The notes below the pieces were generated by a model. The model worked only from the letters and a program-made list of their open reading frames with translations. It was not told the origin of the DNA and made no database searches. Source: Candidatus Electrothrix sp. GW3-4 (lineage in GTDB: Bacteria; Desulfobacterota; Desulfobulbia; Desulfobulbales; Desulfobulbaceae). Taken from it: 32,000 nt of DNA. Below, piece after piece: positions 16,347-23,255 of the stretch (the stretch's first letter is position 1; each line of letters starts with the position of its first letter). The DNA is taken from NCBI RefSeq assembly GCF_037902255.1, contig NZ_CP147990.1, positions 2,250,001-2,282,000 of the forward strand, read 5' to 3'. A program made the translations under genes and the position numbers.

Positions 16347-19300
16347 ATGTCGCGAAAAATGGTCACCATTGACGGCAACCAGGCATGCACCCATGTCGCC
16401 TACGCCACCAGTGAAGTAATCACCATCTACCCCATCACCCCTTCTTCACCGATGGCGGCTGAGGCAGATGCCAAGGCTACAGCGGGGCAGAAAAATATCT
16501 GGGGTTCTATACCGGTTATCTCTCAGATGCAGTCTGAAGGCGGTGTTGCAGGCTCTCTGCATGGCTCCTTGGCCACTGGCGCCCTCTGTACCACCTTTAC
16601 CGCTTCGCAAGGGCTGCTGCTGATGCTGCCCAATATGTATAAACTGGCCGGTGAGCTGACCCCGACCGTTTTCCATGTCACAGCCCGTTCACTCGCCTGT
16701 CAGGGCTTGTCCATCTTCGGCGACCACGGTGACGTGATGAGTGCCCGCCAGACCGGCTGGGCCCAGCTCTGCTCGCAGAATGTCCAGGAAGCCCAGGACA
16801 TGGCCCTGATCTCCACCCAGTCCACCCTGGCCTCCCGCATTCCCTTCCTCCATTTTTTTGACGGCTTCCGGACCTCTCATGAGATCCAGAAGATGGAGCA
16901 GCTGACCAACGAGGATATGCAGGAGATGATCGACGAGAAGCTGATCAGCGAACACCGTGCCCGTGCCCTGACCCCGGATCGGCCTTCCATGTCCGGTACA
17001 GCCCAGAATCCGGATGTCTACTTCACCGGTCGCGAGACCGTGAATAAGTACTACGAGGCGATTCCGGGTATTGTTCAGGAGACCATGGATAAATTCGCCG
17101 CCCTGACCGGTCGCCAGTACCATCTCTTTGATTATTACGGAGCACCTGATGCCACTGACGTGGTTGTCATCATGGGGTCCGGTGCCGAGACCGTGGCCGC
17201 CACCATTGATCACCTGGTGGCTGACGATCGCAAGGTGGGTATGGTTATTGTTCGCCTGTTCCGTCCCTTTGATATGAAGGCCATGGTTAACGCCCTGCCC
17301 TCTTCTGTTGAGCGCATCACGGTCCTGGATCGCTGCAAAGAGCCTGGTGCCCCAGGAGATCCCCTGTACCTGGATGTCCGCGCCGCTATTGGCGAGGCAG
17401 CTGAGGCCAATCCGACCATGTTCATGCCCCTGGTCCTGGGCGGTCGTTACGGCTTGGGTTCTGCGGAATTCAGCCCGGCTATGGTCAAGGCCGTGTACGA
17501 CAACATGGCCTCTCTGGCCCCGAAAAACAAATTCTGCGTTGGCCCGAACGACGATGTGACCCACGCCTCCCTGAGCTACGATAAGTCCTTTAACATTGAG
17601 GGCAATGAGGTCTACCGGGCCATGTTCTACGGTCTGGGCTCTGACGGTACTGTTGGTGCGAACAAGAACACCATTAAGATCATCGGTACCGAGACAGAGA
17701 ACTCTGCCCAGGGCTATTTTGTCTACGACTCCAAGAAGTCCGGCTCCATGACTGTTTCTCATCTCCGTTTTGGTGAGAACCAGGTGGTGGCCCCGTATCT
17801 GATCAGCAAGGCCAGCTTCATTGCCTGTCATAACTTCACCTTCCTGGACAGCTACGATATGCTGGCCAACCTGGAAGATGGCGGCACCTTTCTGCTCACC
17901 ACCACCTATGATAAGGACCAGGTCTGGAATCATCTCCCGGCTAAGGTGCAGCAGCAGCTCATCGATAAAAAGGCCAAGTTCTACATCATTGATGCGATCA
18001 AGCTGGGTCTGGCCATTGGTCTGGGCGCCCGCATCAACATGATCATGCAGACCGCCTTTTTCCTGATCTCCGGTATCCTCAAGAAGGACGAGGCCATTGA
18101 CGCGATCAAGACCGCGATCAAAAAGACCTACGGCAAGAAGGGTGATAAGATCGTCAACATGAACTACGAGGCCGTTGACGCGGCGGTGAACAATATCGTT
18201 GAGGTCGCCCTGTCCGATAAGATCACTGGCCATGAACTGCCTCCGACCGTACCTGCTGAGGCCCCTGAATTTGTCAGAGAGATCACCGCCAAGATGATCG
18301 AAGGTAAGGGTGAGGAGATCAAGGTCTCTGAGATGCCTGCTGACGGCCGCTGGCCCACCGCCACCACCCAATGGGAAAAACGGAACATCGCGGTTAAGGT
18401 ACCGGAATGGGATCCTGAAACCTGTATCCAGTGCGGACGTTGCTCTCTGGTCTGCCCGCACGGTTGTATCCGGATCAAGGTCGCTTCAGCAGAAGATCTG
18501 AAAGCTGCTGGTGCAAGTGAAAGCTTTAAAACCGCAGATGCCAATGGCAAGGAGTTCGCTGGCAAGAAATTCACTGTTCAGGTCTCTACTGCTGACTGTG
18601 CAGGCTGTACCCTGTGCTCCACTGCCTGCCCGGCCCGGAAGAAAGATGCAGACGGCAACAAGACCGAAGAGTCTGCGCTGACGATGATCACCAATAATGA
18701 CGAGGTATTGGCAGAATCATCGGCCAACTGGAAGACCTTCCTGGCCCTGCCTGAGGTAGACAACAGCCAGATCAACCCGGCAACCGTAAAGGGCAGCCAG
18801 CTGAAGCGGGCCCTGTTCGAGTTCTCCGGTGCCTGTGCAGGCTGTGGTGAGACCCCGTACATCAAACTGGTAACCCAGCTCTTTGGTGATCGGATGCTGG
18901 TGGCCAATGCCACTGGTTGCTCCTCCATCTACGGTGGTAACCTGCCCTCCACCCCGTATGCACAACGGGCCGATGGTCGCGGGCCTGCCTGGTCCAACTC
19001 CCTGTTCGAGGACAATGCCGAGTACGGCCTGGGTATGCGCCAGAGCGTAAACAAACTGGGCCTGCAGGCTGCTGAGCTGCTGGAGCTGGCTGTAGAAGAA
19101 GGTCTGGTCAGCAGAGAGCTGGCAGATTCTCTGCTCGACGCCAGCCAGACAACCCAGGACGAGATTGAGGCACAGCGCGCTCGGGTTGATGAGCTGAAGG
19201 CAGCTCTGGCCGGAAGCAATAATGTCATCGCCTCTCGTCTGGTGCCGGTTGCTGATTACCTGGTCAAGAAGTCTGTTTGGTGCTTTGGTGGCGACGGTTG

Positions 19301-19919
19301 GGCCTACGATATCGGTTACGGCGGACTAGATCATGTTCTGGCCTCTGGCGAGAACATCAATGTCCTGGTCCTCGACACCGAGGTCTACTCCAATACCGGT
19401 GGTCAGATGTCCAAATCCACCCCGCGGGCGGCAGTAGCCCAGTTCGCAGCTGGCGGTAAGAAGATGCCTAAGAAAGATATGGGTATGATCTTCTCCACCT
19501 ACGGTAATGTTTACGTTGCTCGCATCTCTCTGGGTGCTAACCCGCAGCAGGTTGTTAAGGCCATCAACGAGGCTGAGGCCTATGACGGACCGTCCATCAT
19601 CATCGCCTATGCCCACTGCATCAACCACGGCCTGAACCTGGCCATGGGTCTTGAGCAGCAGAAAAAGGCGGTTGCCTGTGGTCACTGGCCGCTCTATCGC
19701 TACAACCCGCAGCTGGAGGATGAGGGCAAGAACCCGCTAACCATCGACTCCAAAGAGCCGACCATCAAGTTTGCGGACTACGCCCTGAACGAGAACCGCT
19801 ATCGGATGCTCAAGCTCTCCAACCCGGATCATTTTGACGAGCTGATGGAGGCCTCGCAGAAGGATGTAGACAAATCCTGGAAGTTCCTCCAGGGTCGTTT
19901 CAAGGCGCTTGAGGACTGA
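16347..19919 (+). CDS. nifJ: Pyruvate:ferredoxin (flavodoxin) oxidoreductase, single-polypeptide form
   Basis: 1190 aa. N-terminal MVTIDGNQA..HVAY..SEV..IYPITPSS. Internal ferredoxin domain CIQCGRCSLVCP / CAGCTLCSTACP. TPP-binding GGDGWAYDIGYGGLDH. Confidence 0.95.
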   Translation: MSRKMVTIDGNQACTHVAYATSEVITIYPITPSSPMAAEADAKATAGQKNIWGSIPVISQMQSEGGVAGSLHGSLATGALCTTFTASQGLLLMLPNMYKLAGELTPTVFHVTARSLACQGLSIFGDHGDVMSARQTGWAQLCSQNVQEAQDMALISTQSTLASRIPFLHFFDGFRTSHEIQKMEQLTNEDMQEMIDEKLISEHRARALTPDRPSMSGTAQNPDVYFTGRETVNKYYEAIPGIVQETMDKFAALTGRQYHLFDYYGAPDATDVVVIMGSGAETVAATIDHLVADDRKVGMVIVRLFRPFDMKAMVNALPSSVERITVLDRCKEPGAPGDPLYLDVRAAIGEAAEANPTMFMPLVLGGRYGLGSAEFSPAMVKAVYDNMASLAPKNKFCVGPNDDVTHASLSYDKSFNIEGNEVYRAMFYGLGSDGTVGANKNTIKIIGTETENSAQGYFVYDSKKSGSMTVSHLRFGENQVVAPYLISKASFIACHNFTFLDSYDMLANLEDGGTFLLTTTYDKDQVWNHLPAKVQQQLIDKKAKFYIIDAIKLGLAIGLGARINMIMQTAFFLISGILKKDEAIDAIKTAIKKTYGKKGDKIVNMNYEAVDAAVNNIVEVALSDKITGHELPPTVPAEAPEFVREITAKMIEGKGEEIKVSEMPADGRWPTATTQWEKRNIAVKVPEWDPETCIQCGRCSLVCPHGCIRIKVASAEDLKAAGASESFKTADANGKEFAGKKFTVQVSTADCAGCTLCSTACPARKKDADGNKTEESALTMITNNDEVLAESSANWKTFLALPEVDNSQINPATVKGSQLKRALFEFSGACAGCGETPYIKLVTQLFGDRMLVANATGCSSIYGGNLPSTPYAQRADGRGPAWSNSLFEDNAEYGLGMRQSVNKLGLQAAELLELAVEEGLVSRELADSLLDASQTTQDEIEAQRARVDELKAALAGSNNVIASRLVPVADYLVKKSVWCFGGDGWAYDIGYGGLDHVLASGENINVLVLDTEVYSNTGGQMSKSTPRAAVAQFAAGGKKMPKKDMGMIFSTYGNVYVARISLGANPQQVVKAINEAEAYDGPSIIIAYAHCINHGLNLAMGLEQQKKAVACGHWPLYRYNPQLEDEGKNPLTIDSKEPTIKFADYALNENRYRMLKLSNPDHFDELMEASQKDVDKSWKFLQGRFKALED

Positions 19920-19990
19920 TAAGCCCTCCTCGCTGAGTAGCCTGTTGCTTATTATAAAAAACACAGGTAACAGAAGCAATTGAACAGAAA

Positions 19991-20023
19991 GCCTCTTCCG
20001 AGCAATCGGGAGGGGCTTTTTTT
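19991..20023 (+). terminator. Rho-independent terminator of the PFOR gene
   Basis: GCCTCTTCCGA-gcaa-TCGGGAGGGGC (11-bp stem including two G-U pairs) followed by TTTTTTT. Confidence 0.75.
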
Positions 20024-20412
20024 ATGCCATGACGGATTCCCTCCTTTTATGCGAGCGCCCGCGTGCATTTTCACGCGCGAGGGTCCTTTCTTATTTCCTT
20101 TTTTCTTTCACCCTTGTTAGACTATCAAGCAAGGTCAGCTGACTGGCCATTCTCGTCCTCTGGAGGAGAACTTTTTCTCTGAAAAAATGAAGCACGCGAG
20201 TCACTCACGAGACGGAAAAAGCAGGGCCAATAACAGGGTGCTCCGCCGTCGACAGGCCTATGGTATTATCATCCTCATTCCAAGCAGGGCAAGGGCCATC
20301 ATCCCTTCTTGATGATCTCGGCACCAGCCGCCCTCGAACAGCTCCAAACAATCAACTCAGGGGAACCTCCTGAGTATTTACTGCCAACAAACACCACCGG
20401 AGAACGAAACAA

Positions 20413-21048
20413 ATGAAGAATCTCTTTTTTTCTCTATACATCGTTTGCACCTACCTTCTTACTGCCCTGTGCGTACCAGCCGTGACCCATGCGGAAGAAG
20501 TAGCTGGAACAAATATTGACTGCCCGGACGGTGTCTACAAAGGCACCTTTGACGTGACCTTTATCAAGACTGACCTCGGACCGATCAGGAACAGCATTGA
20601 TGACCTGCTCTTTTTCTATGGCGTAGAGCCCAAAAATCCCTCACAGGGCAATGATAAGATCCAGCTAAAAAGCCTGATGATCTGTTCCGCTGGTGGCGAG
20701 GAGATCAGCACAGCCACCAGACATATCGGCAGCTACACCTTTCTCAATAAGCAATGCAAGATCACTTTAAACGGTAGAGGACAGATCAAGGAGAGGAATC
20801 TTGTTGAGCAAGGGGATGCAAGACTTTCCTGCAAGGACAAGTCTGTTTATCAAGGCGACTACTCCATAACAGCGACCAACCTCTTAGACGCTGGAGAGAA
20901 CCAGGGCACAGGATCAGGGCAGCAGGGGGCCGGGGCAGAGGATACCGGCTCTTCCTCTTCGAGCAAGAGCTGGAATGGTCTGATCACAGAACCTGAACAA
21001 GACAAAAAAGAAACAGGACAGAACCCACTGATCTCGCCCAAACTATAA
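20413..21048 (+). CDS. Hypothetical secreted protein with a Gly/Ser/Gln-rich tail
   Basis: Signal peptide MKNLFFSLYIVCTYLLTALCVPAVTHA. No family recognised. Sits immediately upstream of hsdM. Confidence 0.5.
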   Translation: MKNLFFSLYIVCTYLLTALCVPAVTHAEEVAGTNIDCPDGVYKGTFDVTFIKTDLGPIRNSIDDLLFFYGVEPKNPSQGNDKIQLKSLMICSAGGEEISTATRHIGSYTFLNKQCKITLNGRGQIKERNLVEQGDARLSCKDKSVYQGDYSITATNLLDAGENQGTGSGQQGAGAEDTGSSSSSKSWNGLITEPEQDKKETGQNPLISPKL

Positions 21049-21122
21049 AAAAGCATACAACAGAACAACTGCGGCCTGGCACCCGCTGAACCTGATAAGC
21101 CTGCAAGGAAAAGCAAAAAAAC

Positions 21123-22652
21123 ATGATCACCGGAGAACTTAAATCCAAGGTGGACAGCATCTGGGACACCATGTGGTCTGGCGGCATATCCAACCCGCTC
21201 ACAGTTATTGAGCAGCTGACCTACCTGCTCTTTATCAAGCGGCTCGACGAGCTGCACATCTTGGCTGAGCACAAGGCCAACCGCCTGGATAAGCCCATTG
21301 AACAACCGATCTTCAGCAAGGATCAGGAGCAACTACGTTGGTCCCGTTTTAAGGAAACAGCGCCTGAGCAGATGTTCCTTACGGTCAAGGATGAAGTTTT
21401 TCCCTTTATCAAGACCCTGGGCAACGGAGAGACCAGCGCAGAGGAGAAAGAAAACCGTCAGGAAGAATCGCCAAGTCACCTCGTTCAGGTTGCTGAAAGC
21501 GATGTTGCGTATAAACATGCGTATCAAGAGGAGAGCGTGGCAGAGGAGGACAAGACAGAGAAAGAGGTCTGGAAAAAAGACTCCACAGACTCCACCTATG
21601 CCCATCATATGCGGGATGCCCTGTTCATGATCCCCACCCCACGGGTGCTGGCCAATGTGGTGGATCAGCTGGCAGGCATTGAGATGGCAGATACCGACAC
21701 CAAGGGTGATCTTTACGAGTACATGCTGGGCAAGATTGCCTCGGCAGGCCAGAACGGCCAGTTCCGCACCCCGCGCCACATCATCCGCCTGATGGTGGAC
21801 ATGTGCGCGCCCACGCCCAGGGATCTGATCTGCGATCCGGCCTGCGGTACAGCGGGTTTCCTGATTGCGGCCTCAGAATATCTCCAGCAGCACCACAGCA
21901 GCGAGATCTATCAGAGCGAGGCGAGCCGCCGCCGCTTTAATCAGCTGGATGAGGAGAAGTACTCCCTGCTCCTGGCCAATCCGCCCTTTGCAGGCAGTCT
22001 GGATTACGAGTCCATTGCCAAGGATCTGCAACAGGTGGTCAAGACCAAGAAGACCGAGCTGCTCTTTCTGGCCCTGTTTCTCCGTCTGCTGCGGACCGGC
22101 GGTCGAGCTGCGGTCATTGTCCCGGACGGGGTTCTGTTCGGATCAAGCAAGGCCCATAAGACGTTGCGCAAGATCTTGGTGGAGGAGCAGAAGCTGGACG
22201 CGATCATCTCCATGCCCTCGGGGGTGTTCAAGCCCTATGCCGGGGTGTCCACGACCATCCTCTTTTTCACCAAGACCAACTCTGGGGGCACGGATCAGGT
22301 TTGGTTTTACGACATGCGCTCGGATGGCTTTTCTTTGGATGATAAACGGAGCCCGCAACCGGACAAGAGCAATCTGCCGGATATCCTCGCTCGCTGGCAG
22401 GATTTTCAGGCAGGGTGTACGGCTGAGGCAAAACGCAAGCGTACTGAGCAGAGCTTTCTGGTGCCCAAGGAAGAGATTGCTGGTAATGATTATGATCTGT
22501 CCATCAACCGTTATAAGGAAGTGGTCTACGAGGCCGTGGAATATGATCCGCCGGGGGTTATTCTGGGGCGGTTGGCTGCGCTGGAGCAGGAGATTGCGGC
22601 TGGGCGGGTTGCGCTGGAGGGGTTGTTGGGAGAAAAGGCTATACACGCGTAG
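21123..22652 (+). CDS. hsdM: Type I restriction-modification system methyltransferase subunit HsdM (atypical: acidic insertion, and motif II/III segment apparently missing)
   Basis: HsdM_N-type N-terminus (LKSKVDSIWDTMWSGGISNPLTVIEQLTYLLFIKRLD). GQFRTPRHII, motif I DPACGTAGFL, motif IV NPPFAG, GRAAVIVPDGVLFGS, and C-terminal YDLSINRYKE. Confidence 0.88.
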   Translation: MITGELKSKVDSIWDTMWSGGISNPLTVIEQLTYLLFIKRLDELHILAEHKANRLDKPIEQPIFSKDQEQLRWSRFKETAPEQMFLTVKDEVFPFIKTLGNGETSAEEKENRQEESPSHLVQVAESDVAYKHAYQEESVAEEDKTEKEVWKKDSTDSTYAHHMRDALFMIPTPRVLANVVDQLAGIEMADTDTKGDLYEYMLGKIASAGQNGQFRTPRHIIRLMVDMCAPTPRDLICDPACGTAGFLIAASEYLQQHHSSEIYQSEASRRRFNQLDEEKYSLLLANPPFAGSLDYESIAKDLQQVVKTKKTELLFLALFLRLLRTGGRAAVIVPDGVLFGSSKAHKTLRKILVEEQKLDAIISMPSGVFKPYAGVSTTILFFTKTNSGGTDQVWFYDMRSDGFSLDDKRSPQPDKSNLPDILARWQDFQAGCTAEAKRKRTEQSFLVPKEEIAGNDYDLSINRYKEVVYEAVEYDPPGVILGRLAALEQEIAAGRVALEGLLGEKAIHA

Positions 22653-22673
22653 CCAATTCATCGGGTTCATCTG

Positions 22674-22704
22674 GTTCCCAAGCTCCGGCTTGGGAACTGT
22701 TTTA
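22674..22704 (+). terminator. Hairpin plus short T-tract after hsdM (terminator-like)
   Basis: GTTCCCAAGC-tccg-GCTTGGGAAC is a perfect 10-bp stem, followed by TGTTTTA. Confidence 0.5.
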
Positions 22705-22788
22705 CCTGAAGCTCTGCTTCATGTCTCGAAGTTGGAGTTTCTGTATTAAGGGTACCCAAGCAGAGCTTGGGCACCAGGACGAAAAGGA

Positions 22789-23020
22789 GACGTTTGTTTC
22801 TTGCGAGAGGTCTTTCTTTTGTAAAGAGAGGCTCTGCTCTTCTTGCGAGAGGCTCTACTCTTCTTGCGAGAGGTTCTACTCTTTTAAAGAGAGGTGTCGC
22901 TCTTTTTTCGAGAAGCTGCTCGTTTGATAAAAGCGGTTCTTCCTCTCAAGAGAGGAGAGGTTCTTGTTTAACGAGGAGCCGTGCTGTTGTTACGAGGAAG
23001 CTGTACTGCAAAGAATGTAT
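22789..23020. repeat. Degenerate tandem array, 11 units with a 21-bp period, consensus GCTCTACTCTTCTTGCGAGAG
   Basis: Read directly. Unit boundaries fall at 22789, 22810, 22831, 22852, 22873, 22894, 22915, 22936, 22960, 22979 and 23000. Units at 22831 and 22852 are 20/21 identical. The array degrades toward the 3' side. Confidence 0.9.
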
Positions 23021-23066
23021 CGCCTGTTGCGGACAAGACAGGGGCATTGAGCTTTTCGCTCTTGCT

Positions 23067-23168
23067 GCCCAGCGTTAAAACGCTGGGCTATTGGCGGGCT
23101 GTCCCTCCGGGACGCTTTTACCGCCCCGGAGGGGCCGAACGATAATAGCCCAATGTTTTAACATTGGG
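23067..23168. repeat. REPIN-like nested imperfect palindrome (two inverted ~45-bp arms, each carrying its own hairpin)
   Basis: Hairpin A is GCCCAGCG-ttaaaa-CGCTGGGC (23067-23088). The outer stem pairs GGGCTATT (23085-23092) with AATAGCCC (23144-23151). The inner stem pairs CCCTCCGGG (23103-23111) with CCCGGAGGG (23125-23133). Hairpin B is CCCAATGT-ttta-ACATTGGG (23149-23168). Confidence 0.8.
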
Positions 23169-23183
23169 TGGAATCTGGCGCGG

Positions 23184-23207
23184 AAAAACTCTACGCACTG
23201 CGTAGAG
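23184..23207 (-). terminator. Minus-strand terminator-like hairpin
   Basis: On the minus strand: CTCTACGC-agt-GCGTAGAG followed by TTTTT (A5 at 23184-23188 on the plus strand). No obvious minus-strand gene feeds into it. Confidence 0.35.
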
Positions 23208-23255
23208 AATTGAACTGCCTCTTGATGTGTTAAGGGTTGAGGAAGGAGAAGAAGG

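Noticed and set aside
16689-18461. 590-aa ORF antisense to the PFOR gene
   Set aside because: Same reasoning. The plus-strand product is an unmistakable PFOR, and the antisense translation has no motifs.
21865-22749. 294-aa alternative-frame ORF overlapping hsdM
   Set aside because: It gives an Arg/Ser/Pro/Trp-rich nonsense translation. The hsdM frame carries the conserved NPPF and C-terminal motifs across the same DNA.
22789-23020. Type III toxin-antitoxin (ToxI-like) repeat RNA
   Set aside because: Known antitoxin repeats are about 34-40 nt and are followed by a terminator and a toxN/abiQ-type toxin ORF. Here the units are 21 nt and the next gene is hsdS, with no toxin candidate.
22721-23078. 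Plus-strand ORFs through array 2 (68 aa and 103 aa, heptads LLARGST / LCSSCER)
   Set aside because: Both start at non-ATG codons and exist only because the 21-bp period is a multiple of 3. Two frames are open simultaneously, and differences between units are not biased toward synonymous changes. This is not fully excluded: AAGGAGA sits just before an in-frame TTG at about 22793.
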